64,000 nt of DNA from a virus, in IMG/VR virus record IMGVR_UViG_3300045988_061891; one strand, 5' to 3'. A program made the position numbers and the translations under genes. A model generated the notes under the pieces. The model did not search any database. It had not been told where the DNA came from and worked only from the letters and a program-made list of their open reading frames with translations. Positions 49,969-59,859 of this stretch are shown piece by piece (the stretch's first letter is position 1; each line of letters opens with the position of its first letter).

Positions 49969-51129
49969 ATGAGAAGTTATATGGAAGAACTATCACTAGA
50001 CAACATCCTCACAGGTTCTGAAATAGAGAACTTGTTTGTAGATGAGGAAACACAGGAACCTGTGCCTGAAGATACAGGTAAAGAAAAAGAAGATAAGCCC
50101 GAAGAGGGCAAAGAAAAGAAAGAAAAAGAAACTACTGAGGTTAATGTAAACTCTTTATTTACAGAACCAGAGAGCGTAGGTAGTGAAGATGTAGAGGAAA
50201 AGGAAGATACTAGCCCTGACAAAGACAGTACTTCTCCCAAATTTTACTCTTCCATTGCCAAAGCCTTTGCAGAGGAGGGTATCTTCCCAGACCTTGATGA
50301 AGACACTATTTCCAAAGTAGAAACCCCTGAAGACCTTAGAAAACTAGTAGATGAGCAGATTAAGGCTAGTCTTGATGAGAAGCAGAAGAGAGTTGATGAG
50401 GCCCTCAATGCAGGAGTGGAACCTGATACTATAAGACAGTATGAAGGTGCCCTCAACTATCTTGACAGTCTTACTGATGATACTATTACAGCTGAGACTG
50501 AGGAGGGAGAGAAGCTGAGGAAACAACTTATATATCAAGACTTCATCAACAGAGGTTACAGTAAAGAAAGAGCCTCAAGAGAAGTTCAGAAATCTCTTAA
50601 TGGAGGCACTGATGTAGACGATGCAAAAGAGGCTTTGAAAAGCAATAAGGAATACTTTAAGTCCAAGTATGATGAAGTAGTTGAAGATGCCAAGAAAGAA
50701 GAAGAAGCAGAAGTAGCAAAGAGGAAGGAGCTGGCTACTCAGCTCAAGAACTCAATCCTCACTGACAAGAAAGTCTTTGGTGAGATAGAGGTTGACAAGG
50801 CAACAAGGCAAAGAATCTATGACAACATTGCCAAGCCTGTCTATAAAGACCCTGATACTGGGGAAATGCTCACTGCTATTCAGAGGTATGAGATTGAACA
50901 TAGGACAGAGTTTCTCAAGAACCTTGGTCTTATATTCACACTCACAGATGGCTTCAAAACACTTGATGGCCTTGTAAAAGGTAAAGTAAGAAAAGAAGTA
51001 AAAAAAGGGTTCAGAGAACTGGAAAATACTCTAAATAACACTGCTAGAACCTCAGATGGTAATCTCAACTATGCAAGTGGAGTTGATTCAGAATCCTTTA
51101 TAGGTAAGGGCTGGACCATTGATGCTTAA
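49969..51129 (+). CDS. acidic protein upstream of the capsid gene (scaffold-like candidate)
   Basis: 386 aa with a highly acidic, E/K-rich N-terminal half. Assigned by position only. Confidence 0.45.
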   Translation: MRSYMEELSLDNILTGSEIENLFVDEETQEPVPEDTGKEKEDKPEEGKEKKEKETTEVNVNSLFTEPESVGSEDVEEKEDTSPDKDSTSPKFYSSIAKAFAEEGIFPDLDEDTISKVETPEDLRKLVDEQIKASLDEKQKRVDEALNAGVEPDTIRQYEGALNYLDSLTDDTITAETEEGEKLRKQLIYQDFINRGYSKERASREVQKSLNGGTDVDDAKEALKSNKEYFKSKYDEVVEDAKKEEEAEVAKRKELATQLKNSILTDKKVFGEIEVDKATRQRIYDNIAKPVYKDPDTGEMLTAIQRYEIEHRTEFLKNLGLIFTLTDGFKTLDGLVKGKVRKEVKKGFRELENTLNNTARTSDGNLNYASGVDSESFIGKGWTIDA

Positions 51130-51158
51130 CAAAATATAACCAATAATCAATTCTATTT

Positions 51159-52673
51159 ATGGCTGGAAAACTGAATAAGTTCCAAATGATTAGCTTTTCT
51201 CACTGGAAAGGTCTGACTAAGGACAACCACCTTGGTCAAATCTTCCAGCTTGCTCCACAGAAGGCTACTAACCTAATGGTACAGCTGCTAGCTTGGTACA
51301 GAGGTAAAACTCTTGATACCTTCCTAAGTCAGTTCCCTACAAAAGAGTTTGAAGATGACTCAGAATATTACTGGGATGTGATTGGCTCTACTAGAAGGAA
51401 TATTCCTCTGCTTGAGGCAAGAGATGAGAATGGCAATGTAGTAACCGCAGCAACTACTGCCAATGTAGGTGTTGGCACAGCTGTGTTTGAACTTGTCTTC
51501 CCTGAAGACTGGTTTGCTGATGGCGAAGTTATTGTAGGTAATCTGAATGAGGTATATCCTATGAGGATTCTTGGTAATCCAAGAATGGAAGGTACTAATG
51601 CAGTTTACAAGGTAGAACTCATGGGTGGTATCACTCAGGGTATTCCTGCTGAAAGACTGCTTCCAGGAGAGAGATTCAGTTATGAATATGCTCCTGTTGA
51701 AAAGGCACTTTCGAGGAAAGTTGGTGATGTTAGATTCACTTCTCCTGTATCAATGAGAAATGAGTGGTCTACTATCAGAATTCAACACAAGGTACCTGGT
51801 AATATGCTTAATAAGAAGCTTGCCTGTGGTATCCCTGTAGCGAAGGAAACTCCTACAGGCTATACTAAATCTGTAGTTAACATGTGGATGCACTATGTTG
51901 ACTGGGAAGTTGAGCAGACATTCTCTGAATACAAGAACAACATCCTTGCTTTTGGTAGAAGCAACAGAAACAACAATGGTGAATACATGAACTTCGGTAA
52001 GTCAGGCGAAGTTATCAAGATGGGTGCTGGTCTGTTTGAACAGATGGAAGTAGCAAATACTCAGTACTACAATAGATTCAGTCTGAAACTTCTTGAAGAT
52101 GCTCTGTATGAACTATCTGCATCCAAGCTTGATTTTGGTGACAGATACTTTGTCATCAAGACAGGTGAAAGAGGTGCTATCCAGTTCCACAAGGCTGTAC
52201 TTCAGACTGTAAGTGGATGGACTCAATTCACACTGAATGGTGATGCACTTAACATTGTTGAAAAGACTCAGAGCAATCTGCACACTAATGCTCTTGCAGC
52301 TGGCTTCCAGTTTGTAGAGTATAGAGCACCGAATGGTGTAAGAGTAAAACTTGATGTTGACCCATATTATGATGACCCAATAAGAAACAAGGTACAGCAC
52401 CCTGATGGTGGTCCTGCCTTCTCTTATAGGTATGACATCATGTACATTGGTACTATGGACCAACCCAATATCTTCAAGTGTAAGATTAAGGGACAAGATG
52501 AGTTCAGAGGCTATCAATGGGGATTGAGGAATCCATTCACAGGTCAGCTTGGTAATCAATTCATGTCATATGATGAAGATTCAGCTACCTTCCATAGAAT
52601 GGCTACTCTTGGTGTCTGTGTTCTTGACCCAACTAGAACAATGTCACTTATCCCTGCTATTCTACAGGGCTAA
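51159..52673 (+). CDS. major capsid protein (candidate)
   Basis: 504-aa ORF following its own promoter and a scaffold-like gene, and followed by a strong terminator. Size and position fit crAss-like major capsid proteins. No fold evidence is available here. Confidence 0.55.
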   Translation: MAGKLNKFQMISFSHWKGLTKDNHLGQIFQLAPQKATNLMVQLLAWYRGKTLDTFLSQFPTKEFEDDSEYYWDVIGSTRRNIPLLEARDENGNVVTAATTANVGVGTAVFELVFPEDWFADGEVIVGNLNEVYPMRILGNPRMEGTNAVYKVELMGGITQGIPAERLLPGERFSYEYAPVEKALSRKVGDVRFTSPVSMRNEWSTIRIQHKVPGNMLNKKLACGIPVAKETPTGYTKSVVNMWMHYVDWEVEQTFSEYKNNILAFGRSNRNNNGEYMNFGKSGEVIKMGAGLFEQMEVANTQYYNRFSLKLLEDALYELSASKLDFGDRYFVIKTGERGAIQFHKAVLQTVSGWTQFTLNGDALNIVEKTQSNLHTNALAAGFQFVEYRAPNGVRVKLDVDPYYDDPIRNKVQHPDGGPAFSYRYDIMYIGTMDQPNIFKCKIKGQDEFRGYQWGLRNPFTGQLGNQFMSYDEDSATFHRMATLGVCVLDPTRTMSLIPAILQG

Positions 52674-52683
52674 AAATCAAAAT

Positions 52684-52719
52684 AAGGGGGAGAGGGCAAT
52701 TCTCTCTTCCCCTTTCTTT
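52684..52719 (+). terminator. rho-independent terminator
   Basis: AAGGGGGAGAG..CTCTCTTCCCCTT stem followed by TCTTTAACTTTTT. Confidence 0.65.
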
Positions 52720-52738
52720 AACTTTTTAAGGAGAAGAT

Positions 52739-53731
52739 ATGGCAAAGAAAAATAGGGAAGAAATAAACGTAGCTCAGATTGATTTATCTGATGAACTACC
52801 TCTAAAGGAGGTGCCTACGGCTGCACCTGTAGTTGAGGAACAGCCTATGAGAAAGGCACCAAGACAGTTGATTAACTGTCTTAGAAATGAGAGAATAATT
52901 GTAAGGCATATACCCAAGCTTGGTGGTATGATTACTAATCCTAAGCATATCCTCTATGGAGGTATGGCTGAAAATGCTACCAAGATATTTACAGTACCTA
53001 GACTAAGCTCAGGTATGTATGTAAATGTACTGACAGATGATGAGAAGGCTTTCCTTGAGCACATCATGAGACTTGAGGTAAATGCTCTTTCTATCTACAG
53101 AAAAACAGATAACTTCTGGGATGATACAAATGATAAAGGTATTTCAAGGGTAAGACTTACCAAACAGGATAACTACCTCAATCTATCAGACCCTGAAGAT
53201 TATATAAGATATAAGATTCTTCTAGCCAACAAGAACTATATTGCCCCATCACTTGAAGCATTGCAGGATGCTCCTAAGGCAAGTTATCAGTTTGTAATCA
53301 TTTCTGAGGGAGATGAAACAAAGAGTGCCAAGGTTAATATGAGTACCACGATGAAGTGCTACAAGGAGTTTGGCAAGATAGAGGAGGATGCAGACACTTT
53401 AAGAGTAGTTATTGAAACTATTGACGGAAGACCTCTTGCATCTACATCTAAACTTGAGTTCTTACAGACTAGGGCTAATGACCTCATTCAGGCAGATAGT
53501 AAAATCTTCCTTAGAGTTATCAGTGACCCAATGCTTCCTACAAAGGTTCTTATCAAGAAGTCCATTGAAGCAGGTCTTATCTCTAATAGAGGAAACTATC
53601 TATATCTGAGAAGTGATAATACTCCACTATGTGAAGCTAATGAAGAACCTACACTCAACATAGCAGCTAAGTATCTTAACAACCCTAAACATCAGGAAGT
53701 AAAGTTCAGCTTGGAGGCTAAATTAAAATAA
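52739..53731 (+). CDS. hypothetical virion-module protein
   Basis: 330-aa ORF. Confidence 0.6.
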   Translation: MAKKNREEINVAQIDLSDELPLKEVPTAAPVVEEQPMRKAPRQLINCLRNERIIVRHIPKLGGMITNPKHILYGGMAENATKIFTVPRLSSGMYVNVLTDDEKAFLEHIMRLEVNALSIYRKTDNFWDDTNDKGISRVRLTKQDNYLNLSDPEDYIRYKILLANKNYIAPSLEALQDAPKASYQFVIISEGDETKSAKVNMSTTMKCYKEFGKIEEDADTLRVVIETIDGRPLASTSKLEFLQTRANDLIQADSKIFLRVISDPMLPTKVLIKKSIEAGLISNRGNYLYLRSDNTPLCEANEEPTLNIAAKYLNNPKHQEVKFSLEAKLK

Positions 53732-53765
53732 CCTGCTCTATACTTATAGAGTAAAAAAGAACATT

Positions 53766-54581
53766 ATGACTAATTTAGAGTTTAGTAATGAGTTTGATGT
53801 GCTCTATAATAATATCACAAGTAATCAGGCTCCAGGTCTTGATGAGTATGAAAAGTCTGTGTTTTTAACAAAGGCTCAAGATGAAATCATCAAAGCTTAC
53901 TTCAATCCAAGGACAAATAAAACGCAGGAGGGCTTTGATGGTAATGAGAAGAGACAGATTGACTTCTCTATGATTATGAGGAGTCATATCTATACTTACT
54001 CCAAAGGAGCACCAGACCCATTTACTACTTCTTTCTTTGACCTTAGGGACAACACTAAAGCAGTTGCTCTTAACCCTGACATTTTAATGTTTGTCAATGA
54101 ATATGTTGAAGTTACAAGAAATGATAAAACTGTCAGGCTTACAGTAGTTCCAATAAACTATATGGAATACTCAAGGCTTATGAGTAAGCCATTCAAGAGA
54201 CCCATCAAGAACCAAGCATGGAGACTACTTGATAATAGTGATGGAATCAAGAAAGCAGAGCTTATTGTAGGACCTATAGATACTATAACAAAGTATGTAA
54301 CAAGGTATGTAAAAAGACCTAGAGCTATCATCCTTGATGTTTTATCTGATGGCACATCTCTTGATGGTTATGTAGGAGCTGATAAGGAGGGTAATCCAAC
54401 AACTGATGTAAGTAAAGCTACACAAGGAATTACTTGTGAGCTTGACCCAATTCTCCACCCTGAAATTCTACAGAGGGCGGTTGAACTTGCAAAAGCAGCA
54501 TATACTGGTGACCTTGCTTCACAGCTTGCTCTTGGTCAGAATTCACAAACCAATATGGGTATTGTAACTCAAAGTAAATAA
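53766..54581 (+). CDS. hypothetical virion-module protein, tandem paralog A
   Basis: MTNLEFSNEFDVLYNN...LDEYEKSVFLTKAQDEII parallels the next ORF. Confidence 0.65.
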   Translation: MTNLEFSNEFDVLYNNITSNQAPGLDEYEKSVFLTKAQDEIIKAYFNPRTNKTQEGFDGNEKRQIDFSMIMRSHIYTYSKGAPDPFTTSFFDLRDNTKAVALNPDILMFVNEYVEVTRNDKTVRLTVVPINYMEYSRLMSKPFKRPIKNQAWRLLDNSDGIKKAELIVGPIDTITKYVTRYVKRPRAIILDVLSDGTSLDGYVGADKEGNPTTDVSKATQGITCELDPILHPEILQRAVELAKAAYTGDLASQLALGQNSQTNMGIVTQSK

Positions 54582-54583
54582 TT

Positions 54584-55270
54584 ATGACAAATGAAGAGTT
54601 CTCAAATGAATTTGATACTTTAGTTAATAGTAATTCTACTTTTAGTTCCACTCTCACTCCATTGGAGTTTGATGAATATGAGAAGTCTGTATTTCTTACA
54701 AAAGCACAAGAGAGTGTAGTAATAGCTCTCTATAAGGGAACTCTTACAGGAGATTCATTTGAAAAGACAGAAGAACTGAGAAGATATTTGGATAGTCTTG
54801 TGAAGACCTACTCTACTAGTGAACAAGTAGTAGGAAAGGTACTTACAAGTAATTCATATCTCTTTAACCTTCCTAAAGACACTTGGTTTATAACCTATGA
54901 GGCTGTTGAATCAAAAGATAAAAGGCTGGGCTGTACCAAAGGTTCTATTATGGAAGTAGTTCCTGTTACTCAGGATGAACTTCACAAAACCCTTAGGAAT
55001 CCATTTAGAATGCCCAACGAGAGGAGGGTACTAAGGCTCGATACAGAAGGAAATACTGTTGAACTTATCTCAGTCTACAGCATAGATAAGTATTGGATTA
55101 GATACCTTTCTAAGCCTGACCCTATCATCCTAATTGATTTACCCGAGGGTATTACTATTAATGAGGAGAGAGTAGCAACTAAATGTAAATTAAATCCTGC
55201 AATACATAGAGTGATACTAGAAATGGCAGTTAGCCTTGCCTTGAAGAGTAGAGCCAATGCAGGTAAGTAA
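54584..55270 (+). CDS. hypothetical virion-module protein, tandem paralog B
   Basis: MTNEEFSNEFDTLVNS...FDEYEKSVFLTKAQESVV. Confidence 0.65.
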   Translation: MTNEEFSNEFDTLVNSNSTFSSTLTPLEFDEYEKSVFLTKAQESVVIALYKGTLTGDSFEKTEELRRYLDSLVKTYSTSEQVVGKVLTSNSYLFNLPKDTWFITYEAVESKDKRLGCTKGSIMEVVPVTQDELHKTLRNPFRMPNERRVLRLDTEGNTVELISVYSIDKYWIRYLSKPDPIILIDLPEGITINEERVATKCKLNPAIHRVILEMAVSLALKSRANAGK

Positions 55271-55290
55271 AAACTTAATAAAATAAATTT

Positions 55291-56331
55291 ATGGTATTTT
55301 CAACTAACCAAGTAAGACAACTTTATGTAGTCACAGCAGTACAAGGTACTGCACAAAAGACAGATGGTAAAGTGAGTGAGTCAGATGCTGCTGGTACCAT
55401 TGCTCTCAAGGCTGATGCTGAAAGTAAGAACCTGTATTTCCAGTACAAGGGAGCTGACAACCTTATGAGGAGTGACCTTATCAATAAAGATAATATCCTC
55501 TACGTAAAGGCTGTAAGTGCAGAAGCTGATGCTCAGAAACATGCACTTAAGAAAGCTGTGGTTAAACTTGATTCGAATGTAAATGGAGGTGAGCCTATTG
55601 GAGGACAGGATTACATTCTTAGAATCTGTATCAACCCTTATGTAGGAATGTCAGATGAAGAACCATACTTCAAGTATGGTGCTGTTCATGCTATGAAGGG
55701 TATGAAGCCTTCTGAGTTTTATACTAAACTTGCAGCTTCTCTCTATAAGAACTTCAGCAGAGAGCTAGGCAAAATGCTTGAGTTTACTATTGCTGACAAG
55801 GTTGTAGGAAGAGTCAAAACTACTGCTGATGGCACTGAATCTCTCATAGATACTACTGGTGCAGCTATCACTGTTCCTGAAGAGTATGTCGATGGTATAA
55901 CTATCACTGAAGTAGAGCAGGAATGGACTCTTGGTATCAAGGAACAGACTAATGTTAACTTCACAGTTACTCCTACTACTGTCATCTCTGATGGAGATGA
56001 AGTTAAGTGGGGCACTGTCACTTATGATAAGAGTGATACTGTAAGGAATAATGGTAGAAAGATAGCAGACCTTGAGTATTTCTGCATGGGTGAAAGAGGT
56101 GACCAGTACAGAAATGTTGGATGGCCTAACAGCATTCCAACCAAATATCTTGTTGACCCTAGCACTGCATACAATGTTCTTGAAATCCATTATGCTTATG
56201 TAGGTGCTAATGAAGGACCACAAAGGTCAGAGAAGGACATCACTATTGTATGTGATAACAAGACAAATCTAAACAAGCTCATTGGTCAGTTTGCAGCTGC
56301 CTCTGGGGTAGATATTGCAGAACTAGCCTAA
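55291..56331 (+). CDS. abundant structural protein candidate (function unknown)
   Basis: 346-aa ORF followed by a strong terminator. Confidence 0.55.
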   Translation: MVFSTNQVRQLYVVTAVQGTAQKTDGKVSESDAAGTIALKADAESKNLYFQYKGADNLMRSDLINKDNILYVKAVSAEADAQKHALKKAVVKLDSNVNGGEPIGGQDYILRICINPYVGMSDEEPYFKYGAVHAMKGMKPSEFYTKLAASLYKNFSRELGKMLEFTIADKVVGRVKTTADGTESLIDTTGAAITVPEEYVDGITITEVEQEWTLGIKEQTNVNFTVTPTTVISDGDEVKWGTVTYDKSDTVRNNGRKIADLEYFCMGERGDQYRNVGWPNSIPTKYLVDPSTAYNVLEIHYAYVGANEGPQRSEKDITIVCDNKTNLNKLIGQFAAASGVDIAELA

Positions 56332-56335
56332 TCAT

Positions 56336-56362
56336 AAGGGAGGTCACAAGCCTCCCTTTTTT
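56336..56362 (+). terminator. rho-independent terminator
   Basis: AAGGGAGG-TCACAAG-CCTCCCTT followed by TTTT. Confidence 0.8.
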
Positions 56363-56373
56363 ATTATACTCCC

Positions 56374-56898
56374 ATGATAAAGTACAATACACTAAAGATA
56401 GAAGGCAGCAATCTTATAATAGACATTGAGGTTGAGGACAAGTCATACTATAGCAATATCAGTATAGAAGGTGTGAGGGTTGATACTCCTCTTACCTATG
56501 GAACTGATACTCCATATTATCCTAATTTTACCCAAAATGAAGATAATGTAACAAGATACAAGGCTGAAATCCCTATTTCTGATGTCAAGAAGGAGCTTCT
56601 TATTATTACTCCACAGGTGCATGTTGAACTTCCCCCTGATACTCCTTGTGGAGCTGATGTAATTGATATGGCTGCTGTCTATGACAGAAATGTTCTGCTT
56701 GATAAAGGACTTGGATACCTTAAGGAACTGGGGGATACCTGTGAAATACCAAAAGGCTTTGTAGATTTCATACTTAAGAGATATGCTCTTGACATGGTTA
56801 TAGATACCTGTAACTATAGTATGGCTATCAAGTATTGGAAGATGCTTACAAGGATAAAGGGGACTACTATAAAAGGATGTGGATGCAATGGAAAATAA
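56374..56898 (+). CDS. hypothetical virion-module protein
   Basis: 174-aa ORF. Confidence 0.6.
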   Translation: MIKYNTLKIEGSNLIIDIEVEDKSYYSNISIEGVRVDTPLTYGTDTPYYPNFTQNEDNVTRYKAEIPISDVKKELLIITPQVHVELPPDTPCGADVIDMAAVYDRNVLLDKGLGYLKELGDTCEIPKGFVDFILKRYALDMVIDTCNYSMAIKYWKMLTRIKGTTIKGCGCNGK

Positions 56899-57124
56899 TA
56901 GACTTTATGACACTCTTAACAGGTACTTTAAGAGACTGTCTCAAGTAGGTTATATTCCTGACAATGACACATTCTCTGTTCTAGTACTGGCTTATATTAC
57001 AGAGCTGAAGGAAAAGACCTCTCTTACATCTGAACAGAACTTTATTATAGAGAAGGCTCTCTCATGTTTACAAGGAAGCTGTCTTATCCCTTATAACTCT
57101 TGTAAAGGAACTTGTTTACAGTAA
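56879..57124 (+). CDS. hypothetical small protein
   Basis: 81-aa ORF overlapping the previous gene by 20 nt. Confidence 0.5.
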   Translation: MDAMENNRLYDTLNRYFKRLSQVGYIPDNDTFSVLVLAYITELKEKTSLTSEQNFIIEKALSCLQGSCLIPYNSCKGTCLQ

Positions 57125-57144
57125 AAAATAAAAATTATTATGCT

Positions 57145-57175
57145 GTTGTGAAAGTCAAGAATTATTCTTACCTTT
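57145..57175 (+). promoter_or_regulatory. Bacteroidetes-type promoter
   Basis: gTTGtgaaagtcaagaattattctTACCTTTGca, with 20-nt spacing. Confidence 0.55.
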
Positions 57176-57202
57176 GCAACAGCATTTTAATTTTATAAGG
57201 AT

Positions 57203-57931
57203 ATGACATATAGAGAGATTACATATATGTGCCTTGATTCTCTTAAGGTAGCATCAGATGATTCATACATGACTTTGGAACATGTTCTCTTTCTTATATC
57301 AAAGATAAGAGCTTTAGTACTTAAGCAAAGATATTCTGATGTAAGAAAGGAGATACCTCAAAGTAACTATCAGACATTATGCTTAGACCTTATACAGGTA
57401 CCAGCTATTGCAGGGGAACCTTGTGAAGGAGGAACTTATCTAAGAAGTGAACAGAAAATTCCTTCAACTATGTCTATAGGAACCAATACTGTTTATCCTG
57501 TAGACTTCTACCAAGGAACTCATATTACTTATGTTAGTAGAGAAAGGATGAGATATGTAGGTGAGAACAGATGGCTTAAGAACATTATCTATGCGTCAAA
57601 AGGGCCTGATGACTACCTATACTTCAAGTCAAGTAATCCTCAGTTCCTTTATCTTGAAAAGGTAAGAATGACAGGCATCTTTGAAGACCCTGAAAAAGCA
57701 GCAGAGTTGGAGTGTGATTCCGATACTAAACCATGTGATGTACTGGACAGGGATTTCCCTCTTGAAGAAGGACTTGCATCTACAGTAATTGAACTCACAG
57801 TCAAGTATCTCTCAGGTGCAGTTTATAGACCTAAAGACCAAGATAACAATGCTAATGATGACCTATCTGACCTTGTTGCCTTTATGAGGAAAAACATGAA
57901 GTCAAACTTTCAAAAGCAGATTGAAGACTAA
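57203..57931 (+). CDS. hypothetical virion-module protein
   Basis: 242-aa ORF. Confidence 0.6.
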   Translation: MTYREITYMCLDSLKVASDDSYMTLEHVLFLISKIRALVLKQRYSDVRKEIPQSNYQTLCLDLIQVPAIAGEPCEGGTYLRSEQKIPSTMSIGTNTVYPVDFYQGTHITYVSRERMRYVGENRWLKNIIYASKGPDDYLYFKSSNPQFLYLEKVRMTGIFEDPEKAAELECDSDTKPCDVLDRDFPLEEGLASTVIELTVKYLSGAVYRPKDQDNNANDDLSDLVAFMRKNMKSNFQKQIED

Positions 57932-58467
57932 TGGATGAGTTCAGAAAACAAGTACTCAAGATTAATGGACCAAGAGTCCATAAGGTAAACAATTCATATG
58001 GAGTATATGATATATACAAGTATATCAGAAAGAACAAATGGTTTGATATAGGACAGCCTGTCACAGAACATCAGTTCTACTCCATAATAAGAAGAATGAA
58101 TAACCTTCTTGCTGATGCACTCATACATGGTCATGATATAGAGTTACCATGTAGGATGGGTGCCATAGAGGTGAGGAAATATGATGCAAGAATCTCAATT
58201 GAGAATGGTAAGATAAAGACTAACCTACCTGTAGATTGGGACAGAACACTTAAATTATGGTCAGAAGATGAGGAAGCCTATAAGGAAAGAACACTCATTA
58301 AAATGGAGGAGAAAGAGATATTTTCTATCTTTTATAACAGGACAGCGGCTAACTACAAGAATAAATCGTTCTATGAGTTTAGGCCCAATAGACAATTAAA
58401 GCTAATGATTAAAAGAAGAATCAAAGCTGGAAAATTAGATGCTTTTATGTTATGTGGAACGACTTAA
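57931..58467 (+). CDS. hypothetical virion-module protein
   Basis: 178-aa ORF with start/stop overlap. Confidence 0.6.
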   Translation: MDEFRKQVLKINGPRVHKVNNSYGVYDIYKYIRKNKWFDIGQPVTEHQFYSIIRRMNNLLADALIHGHDIELPCRMGAIEVRKYDARISIENGKIKTNLPVDWDRTLKLWSEDEEAYKERTLIKMEEKEIFSIFYNRTAANYKNKSFYEFRPNRQLKLMIKRRIKAGKLDAFMLCGTT

Positions 58468-59159
58468 GTATGAAAGAAAGAGCAGCTCTTATTAAGTTAG
58501 GTGTTGAGAGCGGAGTATATGATATAGATGAAATAAAAGATAGTTATAATCAATATAAAAATGGAGGTTATAAACCATCATATTCAATAAAAAAGAGAAT
58601 ATCTGATTGGGAAGGAAGTTCAATGAAAACTAATAGAGGTTTTGAGGATGAGGCTAGAAGTTTTAATATGGTGCTTCCTCAAGATGCAATATCAAGACTT
58701 ACTCAAGAACAACTTGATGGTTTATACAGTTATAGCTATAACGTAGGTGCTGGAACTTTTAAGAAGAGAGTTGCTCCTGTACTTGCAAACTATATAGCAG
58801 GAAGAGCCACTGCACAAGATGTGCAGAGTGCTATGTGGGCTAGTAAAGATAAGAAACTTAGAGGACTGGCAAAAAGAAGAAATGTTGAAAGAGCTATGTT
58901 TGGAAGTTACAATCCTACTTATGATGCTCCAAAAATTGATATTCCTACATTAGATGTTAATCCTATTTTTACAGAGAATGTTGTTGAACCCCCTCAATTA
59001 GAATTAGATGATACGCCTAATTTAGAAATACCAACTATTGATGACCCTGTACCCAGTTCTACAGAAGAAACAGATTATAATAGCTTTAATCCATTCAATA
59101 ATATTCTTAGTATATTAGGAACAATGGAAAGTCCAAGAAAAATAAATATCCATATATAA
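58452..59159 (+). CDS. lysozyme-like (GH24-type muramidase) protein in the virion module
   Basis: ISDWEGSS...QLDGLYSYSYNVGAGTFKKR...LRGLAKRRNVERAMF matches the phage-lysozyme E...YN.G.G...RR..E pattern. Confidence 0.55.
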   Translation: MWNDLSMKERAALIKLGVESGVYDIDEIKDSYNQYKNGGYKPSYSIKKRISDWEGSSMKTNRGFEDEARSFNMVLPQDAISRLTQEQLDGLYSYSYNVGAGTFKKRVAPVLANYIAGRATAQDVQSAMWASKDKKLRGLAKRRNVERAMFGSYNPTYDAPKIDIPTLDVNPIFTENVVEPPQLELDDTPNLEIPTIDDPVPSSTEETDYNSFNPFNNILSILGTMESPRKINIHI

Positions 59160-59857
59160 TGGAAAGGTACGTTTCAATTAAAGAAATTTTAGACAACCTA
59201 CTTGATAATCCTTTACTTCAAGATTTAACACTTGAAAGGGTAGTCAATTATGCTGTCAGATTCATACAGAAGGTAGGTATGCCATCAATCTTTCTTGAGA
59301 AGACAGAGGAGATTGAGATAGAGAACTATAGAGGCAAACTGCCTTGTGACTTCTATGAGATGATACAGGTGAGAGCAGTAGGACACAACTGTGATGGAGT
59401 GTTCCATGAGGTGTTCAGGTACTCCACTGACTCATTCCATATGAGTCCTAATAAGACAAAGGATAATGACCTTACATATAAACTACAAGGTAGTTGCATT
59501 TTTACTTCTATGAAAGAGGGAACTATCGAAATAGCATATAGGGCATTCAATACTGACGAGGAGGGCTTTCCCCTTATACCTGAGAATGGCTCTTTTGAAG
59601 AAGCTCTTGAACTCTTCATAAAGGTAAAGCATTTCACTGTACAGTTTGAACTTGGCAAGATTGCACCACAGGTTCTACAACATGCAGAACAGCAATATGC
59701 TTGGGCAGTAGGACAGGCTCAGTCAGACCTTGTAAGACCTTCTATTGACCAGTTACAATCTTTCACCAACTCTTGGAATACCTTGATACAAAGAACTACT
59801 GAGCATAGTCAGGGATTTAAGAACAATGGTACCCAAGAGAAAATAAAGCTTCAATAA
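59159..59857 (+). CDS. hypothetical virion-module protein
   Basis: 232-aa ORF. Confidence 0.6.
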   Translation: MERYVSIKEILDNLLDNPLLQDLTLERVVNYAVRFIQKVGMPSIFLEKTEEIEIENYRGKLPCDFYEMIQVRAVGHNCDGVFHEVFRYSTDSFHMSPNKTKDNDLTYKLQGSCIFTSMKEGTIEIAYRAFNTDEEGFPLIPENGSFEEALELFIKVKHFTVQFELGKIAPQVLQHAEQQYAWAVGQAQSDLVRPSIDQLQSFTNSWNTLIQRTTEHSQGFKNNGTQEKIKLQ

Positions 59858-59859
59858 TT

